Assembly (NCBI GenBank): GCA_001724265.1
Contig: MEDY01000089.1
Location: 124,001 to 171,168 of the forward strand
Length of the DNA stretch: 47,168 nt
DNA from: Rhizaria sp. SCN 62-66
Lineage: Eukaryota
Direction of reading: 5' to 3'
In this document: piece after piece, positions 35,075-47,092 of the stretch
How positions within the stretch are numbered: position 1 is the stretch's first letter
Layout: each line of letters opens with the position of its first letter
The notes under the pieces: generated by a model
Databases searched by the model: none
The model's input: only the letters and a program-made list of their open reading frames with translations
What the model was told of the DNA's origin: nothing
Program-made: the position numbers and the translations under genes

Positions 35075-35489
35075 CGAGGGAGGAAATTAATTTACGAAGA
35101 GTTGTAAATTACAGAATAGCCTTTGAATTTATTTCCTAGTCGTGGCCTGACGGACCTTCGACGGATTTCTCAACACTTTTCTTACTCTCGCTTGTCGACT
35201 GACTCGAGGCGAGACGAGCCTAACGGCTCTTTCATGTTTCATTGTCTACAGCTTTATGTCTTGCGTTTTACATCATATATATGCATTTTTCTTATATTAC
35301 GCGGGATATTAGTTCACTTTCATAAGTTAAATTACGCTGTGCGCTTTTCTAGTTCAAATGGTACCTTGATTTTGACGTTGCTCACCTCCAACCTCCCAAC
35401 GTCATTCATTTCCTTATCTAGTCAATTCTACTTCCAGACAAATCGCAGACCCGCACACAACCGTGGCATTGATTTGTTAATCCAGTAAA

Positions 35490-38400
35490 ATGTACCGCCC
35501 CGGTCAGCTGGGCGGCATCGTAGCCTCCCAGACCGCTGGCCCGGCCGCGTTGGCCGCTGCCGCGACCCATGCCGCCGCGCTCGCCGCTGCCGCGCCGCTC
35601 GCGTCCGCCGGCGAGTGGCACCAGCCCGCGGGCCCACAGCGGCCGCTGCTGCGCGACGGGCCCTTCTTCGGCCCGCTTTTCCCGCCGCAGCTAGCTGTTG
35701 CTGCGGCTGATGCTGGGGTCGCCGCCCCAGTTGACGTGGCCGATTCTGTTGCCTCGTCCTCCTTCGCGACTCCCGCTGTGCCGGTGACTGACACGGCTGT
35801 TGCTGTGTCTTCCGCACGGCCTCTGGTGTCGGCACCGCGCGCAGATACCGTGCACGCTGTGGCCACGCCCCACGGCCTCGCCACAGTCCCCCGCCGCAGC
35901 TCACAGACACTCTCGACATCGCTTTCGCAGTCGCAGTCAGTGCCGCTGTCGCAGCGGGAGCTGTTCCTCGCATCTGCGCGCGCTGCCGCGCTCACGGTCA
36001 CAATCGTCGCCGCGGACAGGCACTGCACTCCGTTACCGCCCGCCGTCGCCGCTTCTATCGCGGCCAATGCAGCCACCGCGCGCAGTCAAAGTGTCCCCTT
36101 CGACGCCGCAGCCGCCGCCACGACTGACGCCGCCGCTGACTCTGATGTGGTGGCCGTGGGTGCGGGCGCCTGCGTCGCTTGCTCGCCCCTCACGTGCCCG
36201 CTCGCCCGCGCCATGTCCGCCGCGGCCGCCCGCCTCGCCAGCGCGGACGGTCTGGCGGAGAGTGCGGCGGAACAACGGCACACTCGGTCACAGGTTCCGC
36301 TGGCCGGCAGTGCGCACAGTGCGGCGCTGGCACAAACGCAGTCTGTGGCGGGCGCGGGACCGGCGGCGCCGCAGGCTCTGGCGCGCCTGGCGTCGCTGTC
36401 GTCCGCTGCGCTGATGCTGCCGCAGGCACAGAGTACCACAGTGACCGTGAGCAGCATCAGCAGCAGCAACAGCAGCAGCAGCAACATTGGTGTGGCTGAG
36501 AATGCTAGTGAGTGCGCACGCAACGAGACGGTGACTGCGCGTGCGAGTGCAACCACGGTGCCGGCGCCGTGCGGGCCCTATTGCAGTGGCCTCCTGGCGA
36601 TCGCGCCTGCGAAGGGTGGCCATAACAAGACTGCGACGACTCAAACTGTGCCACCTGCAGCTGTCGCGTCATCCGTCCTCATTGCTTCTTGCCGTAGCAG
36701 TGACGACTCTAACTCCGTTGAGTGGTCTGCGCAACCCCTGATTGCTCACAGTCACTCTGCTGCTGCATCGAGCATAGCCAGCACAGTCACCGTGCCCACG
36801 GTCACTTGGCTCTCACAGGCGCCTTCTCGCGCATCTGCCATCGCAGCCGCTGCTATCGCCGATGTCTTAACCGCGCCCCGGCACACGCGGCTCTACTTAA
36901 TCGCTGCCCGCGCTCACAGTCACTTACCCTTTGCTCTCGCACACGCAAATGCACCCCGTCATTCTTCCTTGGAGAATTCAACCACCGCGTCCTCTTTGAG
37001 TAGCAACAGTGGTGGCGGCGGCGGCGTGTTGCCCCGCGCGGTCGCCACAGTTGCCGCCGCCGTCGCCTCCATCCGCGCCGCTCTTGAGACCGAGGCCCGC
37101 GCACGCGCAGTGACCCGTTTCCGCGCCCACATGCGACACTACGCTACGGCGGCGCAAGACTTCCCCAGTCGGGCGGAGCGCGCCCTGCGGGCCGCGCGCG
37201 CCGCGGTTGCCGAGGCTGACGCCGCTGCCACCGAGGCCGCTGCGGCGGAGGCGAAGGGACCCTGGGGCAGCGCGTGCGTGCCGGTCGGGTTTGCGCTGTC
37301 GGTTGCGGGCGTAGTTGACTCTGCCGAACATGCAAATAATGCTTACATTGAGCAGGATGCATCGATTGTGACTGATATCCTCTCCGAGGCGCTTGGATTG
37401 CCCACCGAGTCAAACATTCGCATTTGCGATACGATCACAGTTGCACGCGTCCCTGTACCAGGCGCTTCACTGTCTCAGGCGTACGCTATGTTATCTCTCG
37501 CCACTGCGCGCGCCGCCCTGCCAGTCAACATCCGCACTCAGCCTCACAGGCAAAGTCACACTCGGACCGGCGAGACCGGCGATGACAGCGTCAGCGTCGG
37601 CGACAGCGCTGCCACGGCGCAGACCACGGTGTTCTCTGTTCATGTGGCATTCGCGCCGCGGGCCGCAGTGCTTGCGCGGTTGCAGCGGCATTACGATGCG
37701 CTGCTGGTCGCTCACTTGGACCCAGCTAACGGCTTACCTTTGAACGCACACGACCTCGGAAGCGTCAGTGACAGCAACGATCATGAAGACGTGTCTGCTG
37801 ACGTTGACCGCGACTCTAAGCGTCGTTTTGCTGATGACGAGAGTGACAGCGCGAGCTCATACCGTTCTGATAGTGGTGATGACTGCGACGACAGTTCCTT
37901 TGGTATCGGTGGCGTTGACATCAGCGGCATCGCCGTCAATGCCAACGATTCCGCCTCCGTAATCACTGCAGCGTTGCCCCGCCAGACTCTGCCCTGCACT
38001 CCCGCTTACGGCCACTCTGCTCACAGTCGCTCCCACAGTCACTATACGCAGCAGAAGCACCGCAGTCACCGCTCCGCGGACCCGATTGTCGCCGCGCTCT
38101 CGGTCGCCGCAGCCCGCGCCGCCGCCGGCGCCTCTGCGGCCGCGCTCTGGGGCGACATCACGCGCCTTGCACTTACACCATCTCCGGCCCTCAGCCCCAG
38201 TCACGGGCACGGTCACCGCCCGGAGCTTGTGTCGAGCTTTGCGCTGGCGGTCACGACAACGCCACTGCACTCGCAGCGGCCGCTGCTGACAGCGGAGCTC
38301 GCAGCCGCACTGGCTGCCGCGGCCGAAAGCTCGCCAGCCGGCCAGCCCTCACCGGCCGCGGCCGCAGCAGCTGCGGCGGTCGCTGCTGCGGGTCCCTGCG

Positions 38401-38938
38401 CCGGCGTCGCCAGTGTTGCTGAGAACGCAGTCAGTGATGTTTACGCCAACGCCGCCGCTGCTTCTGCTGCTGCAAGTACCGGCACTGGCAAGTCGAGTCG
38501 GCGCAAGAACAAGCGCGTCGAAAAGCTCAACAAAGATGCTGCTTCTCCTTTTGTTGCGTTTGCCCCGTTCCCCAGTCCCGCGGCGCAGTCTGTCGTGGTG
38601 CGTGGCGCTGCTGCCGCTGCTGCGGCGGCGACAGTGGGGGGCGTGCGCAAGAGTGACGCGCGCAGTGCTGCCGTTGCAGTCGCGCCTGGTCAGCCCCCGT
38701 CCCGCACTGTCACCGAGGCGGTGCGCGCGTCTAAGTGTTCTCTTACACGGCTCCTGGCTCCATATATTGTTCCCGCAGCGCTTTACCCGCGCGACGCTCA
38801 TAGTTCAACCGCTTTCTCGAACAATGACAGTGTGCACGTTAGCAAGCCCGTGCAGTCATTGAACGCCACGGTGACGGACGCTGTGTTGTTCGCTGAAGAT
38901 TGCGATGACAGAGATGGCTCTGATGCTGACAGCGATAG

Positions 38939-38970
<32 letters not shown>

Positions 38971-41900
38971 ATAGTGACTGTGGGAAAACAGTTGACAATG
39001 GCGATGCTCCTGTCTACGGTACGGCTGCGGTTGATGTTTGTCTCATTGCGCCCTCTGCCGCGGACCGCCGTGACTTTATTCGAGCCGCATGTGGCGGCCT
39101 AGCGACTGGAGAAGCAGAGACTGTGGCTGCTAGTGCAGAGCTCGAAGCGTTGCGTGCGACCGTTGCACTGCTCGCTCGTACCCCGCCTGAGCCGCCGCAA
39201 ACTCAGCTTGTCGTTTGCGATAGCGCCAAAGTTCCTGCTGCTCGTGGCACCAACAATGTTGTGCTTGCGATTGAACACAAACCTAATGCAGCGAACGCGG
39301 CTGACAGCGATGACTGCGCCAAGAGCACTCTCGCTGCCCGGCCTCGTGGCGTTGATGGCAGCGGCGACTGCGCTACTCTACACCGCCGCCGGGGCCCCTC
39401 GCACTTCGCTTCCCAGTCGCAATCGGGTGTATCGTTTGATGCAGCAAGTGTGCCGCGTGGGTTGGACGCCAGCAAGCCTGTCTCTACTGCACCGCTGTCA
39501 CTCCAGCCGCCCGCGCGCTCGCGTCATCAGCAGACACAGTCACTCTCACAGCCTGACTCGTACAGGCACACCGTGACTGCTCCAGCTTCGGGTCCCATCA
39601 GTGTAAATGCGGCGAATCTAAGTACCCCCGTTCTAGGTGTAAGTGCGCCTGCGGGCCATGTGCCAATGCAGATGCCGCTGTCTGTGTCCGCAATCTCCCC
39701 ATTGCCGCACTCTAGCACGACTACTGCCACTACAGTTGCTTTCGCGGTAAGTAACCAACAAACTGAGAGCAACAAAGTACCTGTGAGCATGAACGGTGGT
39801 TTCCACCGTTATATTCCCGACGCTTCATTGACGTCGACAACACTGCAGTCGCGCACAAACAACGTCAACGCGTCGATCTACCACGCCGACACCGCTGCCG
39901 CACTGGCGCTGGCCCGCAGCGGCCGCCCCTCGCTGCTGCCCCAACACCAACAGCAGCTCGCTCTCATCGCACTTGCTCTCGCGCCCCCAAACGGCCACAA
40001 CAGCAACGGCAACGCTTTGGGCGCTGGTCCCGCACTGCCAGGATTCAGCCTCGCGGACACCGTGCGCTTGGCTGCCGTGCGCGGGGGGCTCGCTGCGGCT
40101 GCGAAGACCGGCGCTGCGCTCGCTGCCGCGGCGCCGATGGCCGCAGCCGTGCCCGCGCTTGCCACGGGCGCGTACGGCCTCGCGCGGTCACTGCAATTGC
40201 AGGCGCAGCTGCAGTCGCACCAACCAGCACCAACATCGTTTGACGCGTCGCTGCATACGTCTTATGTTGCCGCCGCTCCAGCAGCAGTGCCCATGCAGGT
40301 TCCTGGTGCGTTTCACGGCTTCGACCCTGCGACTGGCACTGCAGTGTTTGCGATCCCTCCGGTTGCTGCGAGCTACAGCGGAACCGCGAGCCAATACGCC
40401 ACTCCAGCAGGCCCTTACATGACTATGAGTAGTGCGTTTGCGCCTGCATCGGGACATGGTCATTATATTCCTGCGCAAGGCCCTTACACAGCCTCTGTCG
40501 AAGGCGCGTTTGGCGTGTACGACCCCGGTCATGGCCTCATTTTTGCCCACGCTCTTAGTCAAGGCCAAGCCCACGGTCACGGTCACGGTTACAGCCATGG
40601 CAACGAAGCCGCGACGGGCTGGCTGCCGGAGCCCGCGATTACGCGTGCCGCGCGCGCCCGCGCTGACGCTATGGCGCGCGCTGTTGCCACCAAGGCCAAG
40701 GCGGCCTTGCGCACGCGGAAGAAGTCTATGTCGGCTGCTTCAGAGAACAAGGACGCGCTCGGTGGACTGATTGACGGCGGGCTGAGGAAGCATTACCGTG
40801 ACATCGGTCCTGGTCCAGAGGCGAATACGAATAACAATGGTGAGCTTGTGGGCTCCGACGACGACGGACCCGATGGCTCGTTTGTGATCCTTCCAGTCAG
40901 TGAGCATGAGACGGCCGCCGTTGTCACCGAGAGCCCAGTCACTAGCACCGCAGCAAGGGCAATGACTGACTCGGCATCTGCCAACACGAGTGCCTTGTCC
41001 GTCTCAGCTACGGACAGCAACGCTGCACAGACTTCGTTCGCGGTCCCCAGTGGCGCCGCGACGCCTGTGCTTGCTCCCGCTGCGGCTGCTGCATTCACGG
41101 CGCCTTCCGCTGTGCCTGCGCCGCTGCCCAAGCTATCGCTACCCTCACGCACACGCGCCACTCAAACTCGCCCTGAGCCCGACACTGCGCGCACTGTCTC
41201 CGCAGCACAGCAGCGTGTGCAGCCGACAGCTGTGGAGACGGTAGCGAGTGTTGATGTACCTGCCGATGCGCCGCTGTTTTTGTCATTGCGTGCCCGTGTG
41301 CACCGTGTTGATCTTACAAAAGCACCGACAGACGCTCTTGCAAACGCTCGCAGTTCTTCGCTCACAGTTAGTGGCTATTCACGCTCGAGTTTGAGCGCAC
41401 TTCCCCATGATAGCAAAGAACTTGCTGCTGGCCACCGCATCACGGTTGCGCTCCCGCGTAGCGTCGCGTTTGATGACGACGCGCTTTGCGACAAGGGCAG
41501 CCACGGTAATGCAACGGTCTCTGCTGCTGCTAGAAGTGCTGAGCAGGGTGGATACCTGGTGCATGCGACTCTACTGCCTAACTCACCAGCCAACCCAGGA
41601 GCTACTGGTAACGGCAGTAGCACTGCTGCGCACAGTAACCACGCCCACGCGCACGACCGGTACGGACCGTTGTTCTTCACGCAGGCGCCCTCAACGCACA
41701 GTGCAGTTAGCCCGGCTCCCCCCGGTCAGACGGCCGCTGCGCCTGCCTATGTGGCATTGAGTCCCCCGCGGGCCATTGGCAATGCAGAGCCGCAGTTTGC
41801 GTCCCCATTTGCGCCTTCGTCCGGTGCGCTCAGCAACACCGTACAGACGCAGACGCAGACACAACTGCTTCGTACTCCTGTGTCACCATTTGCGGCTGCA

Positions 41901-42830
41901 CTTGCACTCGCAGCCGCCAACGGCAACGGCAACGGCAGTACCGACGCTGACAGTAGTGCTATGTCTCGCCTACTGTCCCCCGCTAGCTCTAGTTTGACCA
42001 TGAACCGCACTGACGGTCTGAGCGCCAGTCTGGGCGGCAGTCTCGCGATCCGCTCCCCGCACCGCTCGCCACACATGTCGCCCATGCTGCGTGCACTGGA
42101 CGCTGCCGTCTCCGTGGTCGCCGGGGCGGACCCCGCTACGGCCGCAGCGGCCTCGGCCGTCGCTGCTGCGGCCGTCGCGGCGATGGACGGTGAGAACGCG
42201 CACAGCCACTATTCATCAACTGTTGCTGCTGATGATCAGCTCCTAGTGCTCGGTGACGTGGCAAGCACAGCGCACATGTTGCGCGCGCAGTCGCCCATCC
42301 GCGCCACCGCCGGCTCTGGACACAGTGCGAAACCGCTGCCCGTCAGCCCCGCGCCCGCGCCGTCCCCGGCGGTGCAGCGACTGTTAGCGCGCTCGCCCGC
42401 GGCAGTAGCCACGGCGGCTCTTTCTAGTGCTATGAGCAATAGGACGAGTGAGAACGAGTGGGCTGTGGCGCGGACGCTGTTTCCGCCTAACTCTAACAGC
42501 AATGACGCGAACGCGCACAACACCAGCGCAACATACACTTCAAGCAGCGCTGCCAATCAGCAACCGCGTCCGTCGCCGCATTTGCTGTCGGCGCTGCGCC
42601 GCGCTGCCTCCCCCGCTTCCAGCCCCTATCAGCCCGCCAGCCACAGCAGGAGCAGCACCGCGGTGACCGAGGCTGTGACGGCGGGGACGGATGAGGGACT
42701 CGCCGTGGCCGCCGCGTTGGCGCGCGCCCGCTGCAAGGCCCGGCTGCCGGCCGCGCAGTTGTTGCGTGACTCGCGAACACGCTCGCGCTCGCGGTCGCAG
42801 TCTGCCACCGACCGCGGCACTAGCGACGAT

Positions 42831-42865
<35 letters not shown>

Positions 42866-43718
42866 GTTATCGCAGGTGCCTCTGCCGCCGCCGCTGCCGC
42901 TGCCCACCGTCGCGGTTGTCTCTGCGTACGGCACGCCCTCACTCACGCCCATCCCACAGCAGCAGCAACAGCAGCAGCAGCAGTTGTATGGCGCAGGGCC
43001 CAACGCTGGTCACGGCAACGGGAATGGGAACTACTCGTTCACGCACGGCATGGGCGCCGACAACACTGCGCCTCGCAGCACAGCGATCTCAGGGAGCACT
43101 GGCGTTACTGCAGTTGGCGCCGGGGCTGCGGGCGGGGGCGCTGGTCTCAACGTGTCGCTGCCTGCGTGGTCGTCGGCGGCTCCTGCGTACGTCGCGGTGA
43201 GCGCTGCGGCTGGCGGCCCTGTGCCCGCTGGCTATCCCGCGCCCCGTGCTGCTACGGCGCTGCCGTAGTCGCAGTCTGCGGTGCACGCACCTGCCTACGG
43301 TCTCCGGCCCACGGTCACAGGCGCTCAAACCAACGGCGGCGATAGTGCAAGTGGCGACAGTGTGCACGCGGTGATTGCGCGGCTGACGGCAAAGAACAAC
43401 GCGCTCAAGCTGCAGCACCAGCAGCAGTCCCCGATGCGCGCCGCCAAGCCCGTCAGTAACCACGTTATCAGTGTTGGGGCGAACGCAAGTGTCGATGCGA
43501 AGGCAGCACCTTAGTCCGTGCGCCCGTTTCTGTTGAGTCAAGGCCGAGTTGACAGCAGTCTTAACAGCTCCGCCACCGTTGACTCGCGTCGCGCGAGCGT
43601 TGGATTTGGGAGAGAGTGGGCCCCCGATGTCGAGGCATCCGGCTCCGGCCGGTCTCCGGGCGCGGTGCGCACCATGCAGCGCGTCGCCACGGTGACCGAC
43701 GATGATGAGGGCATCTAA
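35490..43718 (+). CDS. Giant Ala/Ser/Pro-rich, largely low-complexity protein of unknown function, ~2742 aa; in-frame TAG at 43266-43268 and 43512-43514
   Basis: The 2592-codon ORF continues in frame as TALP-TAG-SQSAVH and KAAP-TAG-SVRPF to TAA 43716-43718, where GC content falls. Confidence 0.8.
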
Positions 43719-44862
43719 CGGGAATGTGCGATTAGTGCAGCGTGGTGTGCTCAGGCGCCGGAAATTACGAAGAAAGATATAAGTTTACATTTTCGATCAT
43801 AACACACACAACAACAAGTAAATACAGTTGATTGTTAGACATACGCGGTCATTTCATCAGAGAAAAATAAAAACTAATTTTGAACGAGCCGCAACTGATA
43901 AAAAACAGATGACCGTGAGGGCGGGCCGGAACCAGGTTCGGCATCGTCACATTCTGGACATTCCAATCCGAAATAAAGAGATCGATCAATATGTTTGTAT
44001 TTTATGTCGGCGGACATATATTCCTATTTAATGACACACTCTTCTTTTACTCGTTTCGCGTTTGCCATGGTGCTTACAGTGTTTCTTCAGGCTTTGGCTT
44101 AGCATGAAACCGCCGCGATGAAGGAAAGCGGTCGCGAAAAGTTTCCGGAGAAGCGACACGCCAACACCTGTGTCAGGCATAAATTGGCAAAGACCAAGGC
44201 TACTACAACGGCCGAAGATCAGCTAAAGATAATGTTAGCAACTGCTGATCTACGATTGAAGATAGCTTAGCATGGTGTGGCTGAGGCGTCCCTTGACGTT
44301 CGGAACGCGAGTGCTTCATGCAAAATGTTACAGTCGCGTATCGATTCTGATCCTGAGACTCTAACCGGGCAAAAACATACATATTTGAACGACCAAGACA
44401 CTGGGCAGCAACAGGAAAAGGCCCCCAAGACAACCGCACAATAGCGGAAATGTCCATCATCATGTATGCAAATGAACAAGCGGATTCAATCGTAAAATTG
44501 CAATTTTATAGCTCATTCATCATGTAGATGACCATTATCTTGCATCAATTATGTACACGACGCCCTGACCATCTACATAACGCCCCTTAATGGAATGTTA
44601 ATGGCCAAATATGTACGGTTATGTGCGGTTTCAGAGACCAATTGCTATCAGCAGCTAAAATATGTAAGATCACAAGACTGACATGACATACGTAAACAAA
44701 CTCGGGGTTTCAAGATGCACTTTAGGAAGTTGGCGCTTGCAAAACAGATTTGGCTGCAAAGGAACTCCCACATTTCAGGTCCTTGTGGGTTTCCTGAACG
44801 ACTTCAACTTAGTCTCCAATACGCAGGCGTTAGACAAGCACTTGGTACAGTGTTATTCATTC

Positions 44863-44903
44863 TACATGTACATGTACATGTACAGTACATGTATGTACTA
44901 CAT
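44863..44903. repeat. (TACATG)n short tandem repeat; similar run at ~23243-23262
   Basis: tacatgtacatgtacatgtacagtacatgtatgtactacat seen directly. Confidence 0.6.
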
Positions 44904-45529
44904 ACTTTTTTACTACGATGCTGTTTCCTGTCGAGCGTGTGGAGTTCGCCCGCAAAACATACAGGCAACAAGTTACATGGCATTCACAATGCAGCAGCAA
45001 AAACTTTGTTCTAGCAGAAAGGCAAACGCAGCAACTTCTGCAACGCAAACTGATGTTGTGCATACAGTTTCAGCTCATTTTGTGCTCAGTCCCGTCGAGT
45101 ACCCAGGGGGGAGTGTTTTCACCGGCTACGTTTGCCGTGAAAAGCGGCACGGATATGGTGAGCTGCGTGGTGAAATTGGTACATCTATCTTATGAAATAT
45201 ACGGATGTGAAATTAGGAAATATATAAGAAAAACAAGATTTATGAAGTTAGCGTTTATAAAGGGATATATTCCGTCTGAGATATACCGTCATAGTTAGGT
45301 TGCCGATTTCGCACTAGTGACCACCAAGCGTTGGTAGTCTTCTGATCAAGGGATTTCTCTGAGTAACATAAATCTCCATTGTACGGTAGTACTCATCTTG
45401 ACATTTCAATAAAGGTGCAAATCGTAAGAACTGAGTATCATTACGAGTCTGTGGATAGCATTCAATGAGGTGGATTCACCGATCGCGGACCCTCTAAAGA
45501 CCAAGGCTGAGCGGGGCAAGCCATAATTT

Positions 45530-45700
45530 GTTCGCGGATGTACTGTCACCAACGTCATCAACGAGTTCAAGCAGACTGGCACTGTGAGTGCACCCGTGAA
45601 GACCGGCCGCAAGCTTTACGGAAACACGCATCCAGCGTATATGGGCGCCTCAGTGCTCTTTACGCTGAAAAGCCCGACGCCACAAACGACGTCACGTGCC
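45530..45700 (+). mobile_element. Probable degenerate Tc1/mariner/IS630 transposase N-terminal (HTH) fragment
   Basis: TVTNVINEFKQTGTVSAPVKTGRK resembles the Tc1 pattern TVxxIIxxFxETGSV..GRP. In a shifted frame, LSALYAEKPDAT resembles the IS630 LxxLVxxxPDxTL pattern. Upstream in-frame TAA; no DDE domain or TIRs seen. Confidence 0.35.
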
Positions 45701-46063
45701 TCGTGCGCGATGCCCAACACTCGCATGGCAGCAAGCAACTGCAGCTCTTCTTAAAGCTGCAGATGGGGAGGCATAGGACGCCGCAGAGGCTGCGGCGGTC
45801 GAGGAGTGAGTCTGAGAGCTCATATGTCAAATCTAATAGGACGAGAACCAGGGTATATCGACCGCTTCATGCAATGTAATTTCAGTATCACGCCAAAATA
45901 GTGTCGGCGAAAGTAACTCGCGCACTCAAGGGTTCATCACATGTCGCAGGCGTTTAAAATTAGGTCGTAGCGTCGGTCAAAATTTTGTCTCCAGTGACGA
46001 GCAACAGCATGCATTTGCAACATCACCCGATCACAAGTACGAGCTTCAGCAAACCAACTGCAA

Positions 46064-47092
46064 TTACTTCACGTTGGGGCGGCCCTCCCGCCTCACGACA
46101 GGTTTCACAGTCTTGTTCATGTTAATGTAGAAAAACGGCACTTTCTTGCCTTCATCGATATCACTCTGGGAGACCGCGTCAATGTCACTCTCGTCAAGCA
46201 CTTTAGGGGGGTCAGCCACTGTCTCAGCTTTAGCATGGACCTTGACATAGTCAACGAGTGAGACAACAACAGGCATGACGACAATTCGATCCGGAGGCAA
46301 GTTTAGTTTCTTCTCCAACATGCGCTTGAGCTTATTGATCATTTTGTACAGGCGCCCAGGGCGATAGGGGTGACTCTAACTCGCTGTAATTTGAAGCAGC
46401 AGAACACGAACCTCTTCGTCCAGTCCACCGGGATAATCGCCCACGTACAAGTCAAAATCTTTGTGCTGCTTAGAAAGTGGGTCGAAACGCCGTACTAGAT
46501 GCGCGAAATCAGACTTCTCGACTTCATTGCCGCCATGAAGTGTGAACAAAGAGTTCACAATCAACTCAAAGGGTGGGGAACCCGTTTCGCGAAACACTGT
46601 CACGTTTTTGCAATCTGTTTTGTCGTCTTGGGAGCGAAACGCCTGCGACAAATTGAGCGTCATCTTTGTCCAGGCGCCCTTACTGTCCAAAATGAGGTAC
46701 GGGTTAGGATGAAGTATATAACTGAACGTAGCCTCAAACATCTGTCCTATGGCGTTAGCCGACACGATTTCGAACAGTCCGCGAAGAGCACCAACCATCC
46801 CACGTTCGATAGCCGTCTCAAAAAGGAGCTCTTTGGCACAACTGTTTGCCCACTGGAAGGAATACCTCCTGTGATACATAAGAGAGGATGCGAGACTCTG
46901 TACCATCTCAGTGACCTTACCCAACAAATCTTTCGTCGAGGTAGCTTCCTCCTTAACCTTCTTGAACTTCTTGATCAACTCCGGAATGCCATCCAACTCA
47001 GGCGCATTGGGTCGGGGTGCCTTTTGCGGTACCATTGAGCCATCCAATTCGGGTGCATCAGGCTCGGAATCGGACTCTGGCTCGGGTGCCAT
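46064..47092 (-). CDS. Putative PD-(D/E)XK restriction-endonuclease-fold protein of Crinkler/RHS type, >=342 aa; in-frame TAG at 46376-46378; may have upstream exons outside the window
   Basis: ORFs 46376..47092 and 46064..46342 are joined in frame. Motif order GQMFE ... HKDFD ... LLLQITAS-TAG-SH matches the GxxFE...D...QxTxSxxH pattern. TAA stop. A possible acceptor CTATAG lies just upstream of the ATG. Confidence 0.55.

Noticed and set aside
2107..46378. Interpreting the TAG-interrupted genes as pseudogenes or sequencing errors
   Set aside because: Decay would give TGA/TAA stops and frameshifts as well. Here 15 of 16 in-frame interruptions are TAG, frames stay intact over kilobases, and no gene ends in TAG.
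3208..46378. Pyrrolysine insertion or programmed readthrough at TAG
   Set aside because: The context is eukaryotic with no pyl genes or methylamine methyltransferases. There is no shared 3' context, several genes carry multiple TAGs, and the repeat alignment indicates Gln.
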